Assembly: GCA_963785725.1 (NCBI GenBank)
Contig: CAWAWS010000033.1
Coordinates: 288,001 to 352,000, forward strand
Length of the DNA stretch: 64,000 bases
Direction: 5' to 3'
Source: an uncultured delta proteobacterium
Lineage (GTDB): Bacteria > Myxococcota_A > Polyangia > Palsa-1104
The notes beneath the pieces were generated by a model. It was not told the DNA's origin and did no database searches. It worked only from the letters and a program-made list of their open reading frames with translations. Of this stretch, positions 45,351 to 56,071 are shown one piece after another (positions within the stretch are counted from its first letter, which is position 1; each line of letters opens with the position of its first letter). Both the position numbers and the translations under genes were made by a program.

Positions 45351-45572
45351 ATGAAACGGATAGTTGCAATCGCTTGCTTCGCCGCGAGCGCGGTCGGCTG
45401 CGCCAGCCCCACCGAGATCCAGTACGGCGCATATGATCACCTTCACCAGGCGCGAGTCGCCGAGGCGCGCGGCGACTACTACACCGCGTCGCGCGAGCGG
45501 GCGGCGGCCAACAAGCAGTTCGCCAAAGCCCAGCGACGCGCCTACAACGAGGCCTATTACGGGTACTGGTAG
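45351..45572 (+). CDS. Small lipoprotein
   Basis: MKRIVAIACFAASAVGC lipobox; GGGGAAG RBS. Confidence 0.7.
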   Translation: MKRIVAIACFAASAVGCASPTEIQYGAYDHLHQARVAEARGDYYTASRERAAANKQFAKAQRRAYNEAYYGYW

Positions 45573-45813
45573 CGCGGCGAGCGACTCCCGCTCGACATCC
45601 TCCGCACGTCGGACGAATGAGCCGGCGTCGAGCGCCCGCCGCAGCTTCGACACGGCATCCTGTGACTCCGCGACCGAGCCAGTTCCCCGCCGCCGCACGG
45701 GCATCCGCTCGCCGCGAGCTGCACCTTCTCCCTTCGTCGCCCGTAACCTCCCTGTCGGCAACAGAAGCAGGGATGATCCTTGAAGTTATCCAGAAAGTGG
45801 ATATCTTGAAAAC

Positions 45814-46563
45814 ATGTTCGAGTTTCTCGTCACCTCCAAGGTTCGCCGGCGTCTTCTCCGTCTGCTGTGGAGCGAGTGTGCATCGGGCTCTGCGACTGAA
45901 TTGGCCCGTCGCGCCGGCGTGGGGTTCGCGAGTGCCTATCGTGAGCTCCAGGCCATGCGCCGGCTCGACCTGGTCGAATCCAAACGCGAGCATAACGCCA
46001 CCGTCTTTTCGGCAAACCGCCGACATCCTTTGGCGGCCACGCTCTACACACTCTTGAAGTCACCTGTACTGGCCCGTGTGAGCCGCAGCGACGAGTCCAC
46101 CCGCAATCGCTTGGCTGAGCTCGGGGCGCCCGTTCTGTCGCAAGGGACTCACAAGCTGCGCGGCGGAGTGGAGCAAGCGCTTGTCGCAGGGGTCGCGCTG
46201 GCCCACCGGGATCCAGCGGTCGCTCGCTCACTACCGGTTGCGTTCTATCGCCAGGCTGATCGCTTGGACCCGGATCAATTGACGGCGCTGGCGCTCGAGC
46301 ACTCGGAAAAGGCTGCGGTCGGATTCTTTCTCGATCTGACGGCCGAGCTGAGCGGCGATCGCCGCTTCTCGAAGTGGGCGCGTCGTTTTCGGGATCGCCG
46401 CGTTCACGCTCGACGCCCATTCTTCCACACGAGAGCGGCCTCGCTTTCCGTTGCGAGCCAGCCCGATCGGAGCCCCTCGGTCGCACATCGATGGGGATTT
46501 CACCTCGATCTTCCGGTCGAGGACTTCGCGTCACTCTTCGGCAAAGCCGAGCGTGCCTCGTAA
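45814..46563 (+). CDS. Winged-HTH protein (putative antitoxin/regulator)
   Basis: SKVRRRLL...SATELARRAGV..ASAYREL wHTH; 3 bp upstream of the nucleotidyltransferase. Confidence 0.65.
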   Translation: MFEFLVTSKVRRRLLRLLWSECASGSATELARRAGVGFASAYRELQAMRRLDLVESKREHNATVFSANRRHPLAATLYTLLKSPVLARVSRSDESTRNRLAELGAPVLSQGTHKLRGGVEQALVAGVALAHRDPAVARSLPVAFYRQADRLDPDQLTALALEHSEKAAVGFFLDLTAELSGDRRFSKWARRFRDRRVHARRPFFHTRAASLSVASQPDRSPSVAHRWGFHLDLPVEDFASLFGKAERAS

Positions 46564-46566
46564 GTC

Positions 46567-47123
46567 ATGGCGCGCTTCGAGGCGACCGAGCTCGCGCGCT
46601 TTCTCGGCGCGATCGACCGGGCGCTGCCCGTCGGGCCTTCGTCATCCTCATCGGCGGAGGCGCGGCTGCGCTCGGATACGGCGTGCGCGGCGGCACAAAG
46701 GATCTCGACACGCTCACTGAGCTGACCGGGCTAAGGAGAGCCATCACGTTGGCTCGCGCAGAGACGGGCCTCGACATTCCGATCGAAGCGACGCCAGTGG
46801 CTGATCTGCCGTACGAATTCGAGAGCCGCCTCGTAAGAGTACTGCCCCGCCTTCGATATTTGGATTTATACGTCCCGGAAGCTCATGACCTGGCGCTAAG
46901 CAAGCTTGTTCGCGCCCACGCCGGTGATCTGGCGGCGCTCGAGGAGCTGCACGCGCGCCATCCACTGTCGTTCGACACGCTCGTTCAACGTTATCGGGAC
47001 GAGATGACGCACGCCATCGGTGATCCGCGGCGGCTCGAGCAAAACTTCCTGCTCGGAATCCACGTCCTCTTCGACGAGGTCAAGCGCGAAGAAGCCCGGC
47101 GCACCATCTCAGTGTCCGGTTGA
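46567..47123 (+). CDS. DUF6036/AbiEii-like nucleotidyltransferase, frameshifted at about 46628
   Basis: MARFEATELARFLGAIDRALP joins, after a frame change, ILIGGGAAAL...TKDLD...DLALSKL.R...D. Confidence 0.7.
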
Positions 47124-47389
47124 AAGAGTCCCTTACCGCTTAGCGGGTCGACCGCATGCTGTCGCTCGGGCGCCCTGTGATAGCCGAGCGCGCCGCTACG
47201 AAGGATGCCGTAGTGAGGATCCCAGACGCTATCCTCGTCCAACCACCACGGCGCATCGAGCCACAACCACGGTGCCCGATCTTCGGCGTTTGTTCGCAAT
47301 TGACGGGGTAAGTCGACGATCTCTTCGCGGTCGCTCGTCGGCGATCACGTCGCGATCGGGCCGTCTGACCCGTCGCGGCCGCGCCATCG

Positions 47390-48233
47390 TCAGCGCGTCG
47401 CCGCGGCGGCGCGTCGTGACGGCCAATAGGCGAGGATGCAGGCGACGTAGCAGGCAATGTAGACGATGGGAAACTCCATGCCGCCTTCGCCGGGGCCGAC
47501 GATGAACCAGTCGGGATAATGGATGATGACGATGCCGGTGCCGAGGACGAAGATGTGGCCGATGCAAGCCGGGACGACGAGGCAGCGCGTCGCGATCAAC
47601 GTCGAGCACACGACCTGCCAGCTAATCATGAACCAGACCAAAGGCACGCCGAAGGGAAAGCCGGCCGCGCTCATGCCCTCGCCGAAGTGACGCATGCCGA
47701 CGACATCCCACGTCAGGAAGGCGTGCAGTGGATGCGGCAAGATCGAGGAGCGCGCCGGCGAGTCGGATGATGTCGAGGCCGATTTCAGCCGCGTTCGCTT
47801 CGCTGCCCGTCGGTCGCGGCCAAGAGGTCCAGGCGACACCGGCGAGGCAGGCCACGAGCAGCACGTTGAACTCGATGCCGGGATGGCCCTCGACCGACGC
47901 GCCGCCGGCGACGTACCAGCGCGGCGCGTAGAGCAAGGCGGCGCCGCTGATGAGGATGACGATCGCCGTCACCGCCGCCGGCGCTACCAGCCGCCGCACG
48001 AGCAGCGCCGGCGCGGCGACGAGCAGCGAGAGGTTGGCCAGCCAGGCGAAGACAGTCGGCGCGGGCAGGCCGCGCGCGCGCAACCCGTCGACGAGCGCGA
48101 CCATGGCCGCGGCGTGCGTCAGCGTGTAGATCGGGTGTACGACGAGGATGGCGGCGATCACGATGCGCACGACGTCGACGCTGCGCCGGCAGTCGTGCGG
48201 CTGGGGCCGCAGCCAAGCGTGGAGCGTAGGCAT
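47390..48233 (-). CDS. Tandem DoxX-like membrane protein, frameshift at about 47750
   Basis: Two homologous halves (RIVIAAILVVHP...GIEF and RLAGA-SILPHP...GMEF) in different frames. Confidence 0.7.
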
Positions 48234-48325
48234 GTCGCGGCAGTATCCTCTATTCCGGGTCGTCGATGCTACGGCGAGGCTCCGCCTTTGAAGCAAAGAT
48301 TTGGACTTCGCGATCGCCGAGCTGC

Positions 48326-49129
48326 TCAGTCGCGCCAGCTGACGACGAGCGCGCCGGATTTGGGCGCCTCGAGCGTGATCATCGGCGCGCCACCGCCTTC
48401 GCGATACGGTCCTTCTTTGGCTCCGGCCGGGCTCGCCGCGCAGCGACCGAGCACGACGACCTCGGCGCCCAGCCGCAGCGCCGTCTCGGCATACCGCAGC
48501 TGCCGCGGCACGACCAAGAGGAAGCGCGAACGGCCATGGACTTTACGCAGCCAGCGCTTCTGCCGCTCGCCCGCATCGGCGACGCCGCGCGGCTCGGCGA
48601 CGAGCTCGGCGCGGTCGACGCGCACGAGCGCCACGCCGCTCTCGTCGCGAACGCGAAAGTCGAGCGCCTGCTTCTCGCGTCGATAGGGCGTGAAGCTTCC
48701 CGGTCCGTTTCGCTGCTGGTCGTGGATCTGGACGTGGGTGACGAATGCGAGCGCGCGCTGCCCGGTCAAAGGCGCTTCGAGCAGCAGCGCATCGCTCACG
48801 TCCGCCCCGTCCGCCGCGATGGCCTCGACGCGCCCGGCAATCTTGACGACCGCGCCCGGCTTCACGTCGGCGATTCGCACCGTCGGCAAGCGGTCGAGGC
48901 GACGGCGATGACGCCAATCGCGGGTCTTGGTCCAGCCGCGCGACCAGGCGATCGACCCCAGGCTCGAGCCGAGGCTCAGCGCCACGCCCACGAGCACGCT
49001 CGCCACGACCGCGCCATCCGTCAACGGCCGCCGCCTTGGCGCGCGCACAGCTGTCCCTCGACCGACGCGGAAGCTCGCATGCCTCCATTTTATACGACGA
49101 GCGGCGGCAGCACCGATGATCGCCGTCAC
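48326..49129 (-). CDS. Membrane-anchored GIDE-like (MUL1-type) domain protein; start uncertain
   Basis: TM, then VKIAGRV, LEAPLTG, FRVRDESG and RYAETAL..G..VVVLG. Confidence 0.5.
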   Translation of the reverse strand: MTAIIGAAAARRIKWRHASFRVGRGTAVRAPRRRPLTDGAVVASVLVGVALSLGSSLGSIAWSRGWTKTRDWRHRRRLDRLPTVRIADVKPGAVVKIAGRVEAIAADGADVSDALLLEAPLTGQRALAFVTHVQIHDQQRNGPGSFTPYRREKQALDFRVRDESGVALVRVDRAELVAEPRGVADAGERQKRWLRKVHGRSRFLLVVPRQLRYAETALRLGAEVVVLGRCAASPAGAKEGPYREGGGAPMITLEAPKSGALVVSWRD

Positions 49130-49191
49130 CCGCCGGCAGCTCGACCAACCGCGCGCGTGACGCAGGTGGCGCCATGCGATAATCTGCTCAA

Positions 49192-49992
49192 ATGACCGTA
49201 GAAGGCTCGACTGCGCGCATTCAGTACAAAGCCTGCCCGCTGTGCACGAGCGATCAGCTCGAGGCCATCAAGACCGTCGATTGCACGAAGTACCCCAACT
49301 TCACCCCGGCGCTCGGCAGCACCATGACGTGGATGCGGTGCGCGCGATGCACGCACGTCTTCACTCAGGGTTACTTCACGCCCGAAGCCTTTGCGCTCCT
49401 CGTGAGCAAAGCGCACGAAGGGCAAGTCGTGGGCGTGAACGTCGAGACGACGCGCAGGACGTGGGCGACGATCGTCGAGAAGATCTCGTCGTTCCGCCCG
49501 TCCGCCGACGGCTCCTGGCTCGACGTCGGCTTCGGCGACGGCTCCCTGCTCTTTACGGCCGCCGAGTGGGGCTACAGCGTCGTCGGCCTCGACATTCGCG
49601 CCGACAACGTGGCGGCGATGAGGTCGATCGGCATCGAAGCGCACACGACCGACTTGACGAGCTACTCCGACTTCGGCCGGTTCGACGTCATCTCGTTCGC
49701 GGATGCGCTCGAGCACATGCCGTTCCCCAAGGATGCGCTGACCCACGCCCACAAGCTCTTGAAGGCCGACGGCGTCCTCTTCTTGTCGATGCCGAACATG
49801 GACACGATCGTGTGGCGCGCGTGGGATCAGACGAACGTCAATCCTTACTGGATCGAAATGGAGCACTATCACAACTTCAGCCGCAAACGTCTTTATGAGC
49901 TCTGCGCCGAGCACGGATTTGTCCCCGTGCACTATGACGTGAGCCAACGCTACCGGTCGTGCATGGAAGTGATCTTGCGAAAGCGTACGTAA
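49192..49992 (+). CDS. Class I SAM methyltransferase with N-terminal Zn ribbon
   Basis: CPLC...CARC, WLDVGFGDG, FDVI...LEH. Confidence 0.88.
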   Translation: MTVEGSTARIQYKACPLCTSDQLEAIKTVDCTKYPNFTPALGSTMTWMRCARCTHVFTQGYFTPEAFALLVSKAHEGQVVGVNVETTRRTWATIVEKISSFRPSADGSWLDVGFGDGSLLFTAAEWGYSVVGLDIRADNVAAMRSIGIEAHTTDLTSYSDFGRFDVISFADALEHMPFPKDALTHAHKLLKADGVLFLSMPNMDTIVWRAWDQTNVNPYWIEMEHYHNFSRKRLYELCAEHGFVPVHYDVSQRYRSCMEVILRKRT

Positions 49993-50014
49993 CCGGCCAC
50001 GGCCGGTGATGCGC

Positions 50015-50608
50015 TTACTTGTGCTCGTTCTGCGCTGACACCACCGTCGTATTGAATGCAGTGACAAACGTGGCGTTGGTGGCGCTGTTGCCGTCGTTGT
50101 CGCAAACGGCGATGGCGTACCACCAAGTGGTCGTCTGATTCGCGGTGCCCAAAAAGCCGATTCCGAGCGTGCCGGTGACGGCGGTGTTGGCGGTGTTGGC
50201 GATGGCCGTGTAGCCGCACTGCAAAGTATTACGACCGGCGTTGATTCCGAGCTGGCCCCAGCCGGCGGGGATCGTCGCGCCGGTCTGCGCGTTGGCCGCT
50301 TTCGGGCACGGCTCCGAGCCGGTGTACGAGCCCGATCCGCCGTAACACGTGCCCGAGTCGACGGCGGGAAAGAGCGACGTTTCACTCTGATTGCCGGTCG
50401 CGCCGCTCGAGATGTAGCTGGAGAACTCGGCGCGATAGGCCTCTTCGCGATTGCGAATCTCGCCCAACATGCCGTAGGCCTCGGTGGTGCGCGCGGCGTC
50501 GAGGTACTTCCGATACGAGACCGCGGCGACGGTTGCGAGCACGCCAATGATGGCGACCACAATCATCAGCTCGATCAGTGTGAAACCCTTTCTTGACAGC
50601 GACGTCAT
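50015..50608 (-). CDS. Type IV pilin (PilA/PilE-like)
   Basis: KG|FTLIELMIVVAIIGVLA prepilin motif; GGAGG RBS; four Cys. Confidence 0.92.
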   Translation of the reverse strand: MTSLSRKGFTLIELMIVVAIIGVLATVAAVSYRKYLDAARTTEAYGMLGEIRNREEAYRAEFSSYISSGATGNQSETSLFPAVDSGTCYGGSGSYTGSEPCPKAANAQTGATIPAGWGQLGINAGRNTLQCGYTAIANTANTAVTGTLGIGFLGTANQTTTWWYAIAVCDNDGNSATNATFVTAFNTTVVSAQNEHK

Positions 50609-50630
50609 CAGCGATGGCCTCCAGTGCACC

Positions 50631-50645
50631 GCGCGTACGGTGCCA
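50631..50645 (-). promoter_or_regulatory. Possible sigma54 promoter of the pilin gene
   Basis: TGGCAC-cgtac-GCGC gives GG-N10-GC; the -12 box is imperfect. Confidence 0.3.
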
Positions 50646-51185
50646 GCGAGAAATTGAGCTTTGCGATTCGACCACTTCGCGGAGCGTCGAGCACGCTCGG
50701 AATGGCTCTGTCGCTCCCTCGTAATGACAGCAACAGTCTTACTTTGATTGGATCGTTCGAGCTTCGCGCTAGCCATTTATCGCCCATTTCCAATACAGGG
50801 CGATTGCTGGACTAGTCGAGCGAGCGACCGGCATGCAGTCATTGCTGCTTTGCACTCGTTGCGACAATGACGATGGGCGCGATTTACGCCCAGTGAACCT
50901 GCAGCGCTGTACTGATGTGGTTCCAACTACCGCCACGTTCGACGACCTGGCGTTGCAACTTGTTCCAGCAGATTGCGCCGAGCCGTGGTGACGCGTCCCG
51001 ACAGCCGGCGCAGCGACGACGGCGGCCTGCTCGGCCGCGAATGCACAGTTGGTGGGCGAAGGTAGGCGCGCGAGCGACAGACACTGTTCGGCTGGTTGCG
51101 TTCAACGTGCGCGGCGTTTTTGTGTGAAGGTGCCTTCGCTGCGCAGACATTAGGAATGAGAAACCCAATTGACTTCGAGGTCCTC

Positions 51186-52235
51186 ATGCCGATTCGGCGG
51201 CTGGTTCTATGCTCGATTGTGCTCGTTGGAGTCGCCGGTTGCGTCAGCAACACGCTACCCGTCGGCGGCGTGGCGGAGAGCAACACCTCTTCGGGCGACG
51301 ACATGATCAAGAGCAGTACGACAACGACTTCGTCGAGTCTATTGACTCTGATTACCGAGCCCGGTGACGGCCTTACGCCGATCTACGATCTCGTCGGCTC
51401 TGCGAAGAGCACCATCGATATGACGATGTACGAGCTCGTCGACACGACGATGACCGGCCTGCTCATCGACGCGGCCAAGAGCGGAGTGCGGGTTAGGGTC
51501 ATCCTCGATCAGAACTTGGAGAAGAGCAGCAACACCACCGCTTACAATGCATTAGAGGCCGGCAAGGTGCAGGTGCACTGGGCCAATCCAACGTACTCCG
51601 CGACTCATCAGAAGACGATCACGATCGACGGCGCGACGTCGGCGATTATGACGCTGAACCTCGATGCGGAGTATTACTCGACGAGCCGAGACTTTGCCGT
51701 GATCACGACCGACAGCAACGACGTCGCCGCCATCGAATCAGTCTTTGACGACGACTTTACCAATACCGCGTTGACTCCACCGACCGGCGACGATCTGGTC
51801 TGGAGCCCGACCAATTCACAGACGTCTCTGCTTGCGATCATCAACGACGCCAAAACGTCTCTTACGATCGAGAACGAAGAGATGAGCGATTCGAAAATCA
51901 TCTCGGCCTTGGAGAGCGCGGCTGCGCGCGGCGTCGCGGTCGAGGTGATCATGACGGCTTCCAGCTCGTGGACGGCGGCGTTGAACGCGCTGGCCAAGAA
52001 AGGCGTCAAGGTCGTCACGTACGCAGCAACCGCGTCGCTCTACATCCACGCCAAAGTCATCTTAGCCGACTACGGCACGACGAGCGCGACGGTGTTTATC
52101 GGCTCGGAGAACTTCTCCACGGCCTCGCTCACCAAGAATCGAGAATTGGGCCTCATCATTTCCGACGCCGCGATCATGACGTCGATCCACACCACCTTAG
52201 CGAGCGACTTCAAAGGCGGAACCGCTGTCCCTTGA
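51186..52235 (+). CDS. Phospholipase D-family lipoprotein (two HKD motifs)
   Basis: VAGC lipobox; HQKTITID and HAKVILAD...GSEN. Confidence 0.88.
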   Translation: MPIRRLVLCSIVLVGVAGCVSNTLPVGGVAESNTSSGDDMIKSSTTTTSSSLLTLITEPGDGLTPIYDLVGSAKSTIDMTMYELVDTTMTGLLIDAAKSGVRVRVILDQNLEKSSNTTAYNALEAGKVQVHWANPTYSATHQKTITIDGATSAIMTLNLDAEYYSTSRDFAVITTDSNDVAAIESVFDDDFTNTALTPPTGDDLVWSPTNSQTSLLAIINDAKTSLTIENEEMSDSKIISALESAAARGVAVEVIMTASSSWTAALNALAKKGVKVVTYAATASLYIHAKVILADYGTTSATVFIGSENFSTASLTKNRELGLIISDAAIMTSIHTTLASDFKGGTAVP

Positions 52236-52293
52236 CCTGACGCCGGAGCTAGCGCCGGGTCACGGCATTCGAAGTGGTCACCGTTCCAGATCG

Positions 52294-52956
52294 TCAGCCA
52301 ATGTCCTCGAGCGCACTCTGGGCCGCGTTCTTCACTTTGGCGTCGCTGTCTTTGAGCAGGTCCTTCAGGATTGGCTTGGCGCCGGCACTCTGCAAGAACC
52401 CGAGCGATTGAGCCGCGCGAGCGCGAATATCCGTGTCATTGTCCTTGGCGAATGCAGCGAGCTGCGGCTGCGCCGCTTCGCCCGCGAACCATAGCGCCGA
52501 CGCGGTCACGCGTCTTACGGCGTCGGGCGAGCCGTCCAGTGCCGCGATGACGCGGTCGAGCTGGCCGAGCCGAAGCAGCGCGACCGCGGCCAGGCAACGA
52601 TGGCTCGTGCTCTCGGCCGCGAGCCTCTTCGTCAGCTCGGCCGTGCTGCGTTTGCCACGATATGGGCGCACCGGCTCGTCCACGTTCTCGATGGGCTTCA
52701 AGACTTCGATCGGCTTTTCCGGCGACGCAAAGAGCACCAGCCGCGCGTGCTCGGCGCCATCCGCGTAGTCGTAACGGCCGGTGTCTTTGTCCGAGGCCGC
52801 GCTCTTTGCCTTTGAACGGATCATTCGTCCAAATTCCATCGACCTTGGTCTTCGCATCTTTGAATTGCAGGACGTGTTGATCGATGCTGACGAGGCTCTC
52901 GCTTTGTTCCATTCGCCTCGACCAAACTGTCTCCCATTGCTGCGTACTGATGCCAT
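52294..52956 (-). pseudogene. HEAT-repeat protein, 5' part probably frameshifted (about 52805) or degraded
   Basis: C-terminal D.D.DIRARAAQSLG and DSDAKVKNAAQSAL; the alternative frame upstream is more protein-like but ends at an in-frame stop. Confidence 0.5.
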
Positions 52957-53014
52957 TGAAGATCCAATCCTAGCTGGATCTAATTCACGGCTCGATGAAG
53001 CGAATGAGTAACCT

Positions 53015-53611
53015 TCAGTAGTCGCGCATCCCCTTGAGAATGTAGTCGCGCACTTTGTACTCGCCGTCCTGATAGTCATACGTCGGCAGCGGCCAAGGCC
53101 ACTCGGCAGGTGCCGGCTGTTCTGCCAAGGCGGGATCGAGCACCTGCCATCCACAGCGGGCGACCGCGTCCAGGACTTCGATCGCGAAGTCCGCCTCTTT
53201 CGGGTGCGAGCTCAGCCATTTTTCGTCGCTGATATCGAAGTTGGCGCGGTCCCGCTTGCCTTGCGAATCCAGCGTAATCACATGCCAACGAATCTCAGCC
53301 AACGGGAGTATCGAAGCGCAATAGACGACGAGATAGATCGCTTCGCCGTCGGCAATCTCTACGTCTTCGACTGAAACGCGGAAACGGTCCGGCCGCGCAT
53401 TGATCGCGATCTCGAACGAGTAGTAGTGCACGTCTCCGCGCGGAGAGCGCGAGGAGACAGTCGAGCCGGCTACCCTCGTCAGCTCGGTGGACAAGCAGCC
53501 GACACGCTGGTTGATTGCCGCGCTGTAGGCCTCGGGATCGGCGTCCCATTCGCGAACACCGTCGACGTACGTGCGCCGCAGCTTCTCCAATATTTCAGCG
53601 TCAGTCATCAT
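53015..53611 (-). CDS. Hypothetical protein
   Basis: Acidic/aromatic globular composition from MMTDAEILEKLRR. Confidence 0.6.
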   Translation of the reverse strand: MMTDAEILEKLRRTYVDGVREWDADPEAYSAAINQRVGCLSTELTRVAGSTVSSRSPRGDVHYYSFEIAINARPDRFRVSVEDVEIADGEAIYLVVYCASILPLAEIRWHVITLDSQGKRDRANFDISDEKWLSSHPKEADFAIEVLDAVARCGWQVLDPALAEQPAPAEWPWPLPTYDYQDGEYKVRDYILKGMRDY

Positions 53612-53822
53612 CGAGGACGATTTGGCTGCCGGCCGGCGTGACGACGATCTGGCCGGCGACGCTCGACGGCTGACCGTCCTCGTCGACGGCCGGCGTGTGA
53701 ATCGTAAAGCGACGGATGCCGTCGACGACCAGCCGATGCGGCGTGCCGTCGAGCGCCTTGCCGAGCAGCTCGACGGCGGCTTCGCCATCGACCGACAGCG
53801 CGATGACATTTGCTCTCGTCAT
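53601..53822 (-). CDS. Hypothetical small protein
   Basis: 73 aa; overlaps the start of the next gene; GC3-rich codons. Confidence 0.5.
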   Translation of the reverse strand: MTRANVIALSVDGEAAVELLGKALDGTPHRLVVDGIRRFTIHTPAVDEDGQPSSVAGQIVVTPAGSQIVLDDD

Positions 53823-53948
53823 GATCTGCCTAAGGTGCCCTGGCGGCCGACAAAAGGTGTGACCGCGAGTTGAGTGTAACGTGACTTTAGCGATCCTACA
53901 GCGGCGCGTCTGGCAGCGCTCAAGGCGCAGGGAGCGAGCGCTGCGACG

Positions 53949-54120
53949 GTGCGCTATGGCGTCATCGCCGAGCTCACACCGGAGCCGCGGCTGGCTCAGG
54001 ACGACAAAGCCGTCAACCTTCCAACACGGTTGGCGTTCTCTTGGCTTCGATTAAGGCGCAGCAGGCGCACATCGAAGAGCTCGAGGCGCGCTTGGGCGCC
54101 GTCGCGCGCTGTGCCGGCGC
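53949..54120 (+). pseudogene. Fragment resembling a peptidase S74 intramolecular chaperone C-terminus
   Basis: YGVIAE...AVNL, then in another frame ASIKAQQAHIEELEARL. Confidence 0.4.
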
Positions 54121-54207
54121 CCGCCGCTGCGCCCGCTCAGTAGCCATTCACCACTCCCTGTTCATCGAGCACTCACTGCGAGTCCCCGGCGTCGAGGAAC
54201 GGGTCGT

Positions 54208-55050
54208 TCATTCGCGGTTGCGCGCGCCGAGCCGGAGCCGGCTGCTCGCTTCCAACGGCAGCAGCACGACGGAAGCTTCCGCCGTCAGCGGCAAGAAGAC
54301 GAGCGTCTCCTGAAAGTACAGCTGGACGGTCGTGTCGGAGTGGCTCGAATAGCCGATGGAGATGTCCTGGCCGAGATGCAGCTCGAAGTCGCCGCCGCGC
54401 GTCGTGAGCACCACGCCGCCCTCGATGGCCGGCGCCCAGATGATCTCGCCGTCGACCAGCCGCTTGACGTGCGGCATGACCGGGTAGCCTTCATCGCTGG
54501 CTTCGCTGAGCGCGGTGTACGCCTCGCCGCCCAAAACGAGCGTGTAGGGTCCGTTGACGCCCGCGAGCCGCAGCTGGCTGACGGCCTGCGCAACGACGTC
54601 GGGATAGCGATTCACGTCGGCGGGCAGCGTCAACACGGGGTTGCTCGTGGCTTGATGAATGCCCTGAATTCCCGCGGCCGCGTAGCCCTCGAAGACGACG
54701 CGATCCTCGGCCAGCGCGATCTTGCGCGCGGCGTCTTTGAGCGGCTGCCAGTTCGAATCGTTCGAGCCACGCTCGACGTCGTCGATCGCTCGGCGCGTCA
54801 GCTCGAAAGGAACGCGCACCTCCACCAGCGCGCGCGCCTCGCGTTGCGCGACGGCGATCCCTTCGCCGAGCGTCTCGATCGGCCGTGTGTGACCGGTGCC
54901 GATCGCCGACAGCCCTTGGCCTTTCGGCCCCTCGACGTCCACGACGCGCCGCGCCGCCAGATGGCGCTTGAGCGTGCGCGCAGCCTCTTCCTCGATCTGA
55001 GCCCACGCCGCGTCGGAGATGGGCGCCAGCTCGCGATGAAGATTATTCAT
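54208..55050 (-). CDS. Family 1 encapsulin shell protein (Linocin M18)
   Basis: MNNLHRELAPISDAAW..IEEEA, RRVVDVEGP, LGQDISIGY. Confidence 0.96.
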   Translation of the reverse strand: MNNLHRELAPISDAAWAQIEEEAARTLKRHLAARRVVDVEGPKGQGLSAIGTGHTRPIETLGEGIAVAQREARALVEVRVPFELTRRAIDDVERGSNDSNWQPLKDAARKIALAEDRVVFEGYAAAGIQGIHQATSNPVLTLPADVNRYPDVVAQAVSQLRLAGVNGPYTLVLGGEAYTALSEASDEGYPVMPHVKRLVDGEIIWAPAIEGGVVLTTRGGDFELHLGQDISIGYSSHSDTTVQLYFQETLVFLPLTAEASVVLLPLEASSRLRLGARNRE

Positions 55051-56071
55051 GACCGGAGCTTCCTTTCAGTGATCCGATGCCGAGCGAGCCATCGGACGAG
55101 GGTGGTTGCGGCTCGGATGCGACCGCGGTGGCCGCCGGATCATCGCCCGCGACGTTCGCGAGAAAGGTCGCCGACGGCACGAAGAAGAGCGTCCCGGTGA
55201 CGGCGCGGCTGAAGTCGAGGAGCCGATCGTAATTTCCCGGCGGCCGCCCCACGAACATGTTCACCAGCATCTGCTCGATCCGATGCGGCGAGCGGGCATA
55301 GCCGATGAAATAGGTGCCGAGCTCGCCCTTGCCGATCTCGCCGAAGGGCATGTTGTCGCGCACGATCTCGAGCTGCTCGCCGTTCTCCACGATCGTCGTC
55401 AACGCGTTGTGCGCCGAGCTCGGCTTCACATCGGGCGCCAATTCGATGTCGGAGAGCTTGGTGCGTCCGATGATCTTCTCCTGCATCTCGACCGGCAGCG
55501 TGTTCCACGCGGTGACGTCATGGAGGTACTTCTGCACGATCACATAGCTGCCGCCGGCGAAGGCCGCGTCCTCGTCGCCGATGATGGTGGCCTTGATCGC
55601 GCCTTGATCCGTGGGATTCTCGGTCCCGTCGACGAACCCGATGAGATCGCGATCGTCGAAGTAGCTGAAGCCGTGCACCTCGTCGACGGCCGAGACGGCA
55701 TCGCGCAGACGGGACATGATCTGGGTGGCCAGCTCGAAGCACAGATCCATGCGCGCGGCGCGGATATGAAAGAGGATGTCACCCGGCGTCGCGACGGCGT
55801 GATGGCGGCCGTGGATCTCGCGAAACGGGTGCAGGTCCTTCGGTCGCGGCGCTCCGAACAGCGGATCCCAGACATCCGAGCCGAACGCCATGACGCAGGA
55901 CAGGCGACCTTCGAGGTCGCGGAAGCCAACCGCGCGTAACAGACCCGCGAGGTCACCACACAGCGCACGTACGGTCGCGCGCTGTTCCGGGCCTGGCTTG
56001 ACGGTAACGACGAGAAAGATGGCGGCGCGCGTGAGCTGCGCGACGACTTGTTGTGGACTGGCGGGAGGCAC
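55043..56071 (-). CDS. DyP-type peroxidase with encapsulin cargo-loading peptide
   Basis: GFVDGTEN, SAH, IVRDNMPFG; C-terminal DGSLGIGSLKG. Confidence 0.95.
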   Translation of the reverse strand: MPPASPQQVVAQLTRAAIFLVVTVKPGPEQRATVRALCGDLAGLLRAVGFRDLEGRLSCVMAFGSDVWDPLFGAPRPKDLHPFREIHGRHHAVATPGDILFHIRAARMDLCFELATQIMSRLRDAVSAVDEVHGFSYFDDRDLIGFVDGTENPTDQGAIKATIIGDEDAAFAGGSYVIVQKYLHDVTAWNTLPVEMQEKIIGRTKLSDIELAPDVKPSSAHNALTTIVENGEQLEIVRDNMPFGEIGKGELGTYFIGYARSPHRIEQMLVNMFVGRPPGNYDRLLDFSRAVTGTLFFVPSATFLANVAGDDPAATAVASEPQPPSSDGSLGIGSLKGSSGHE

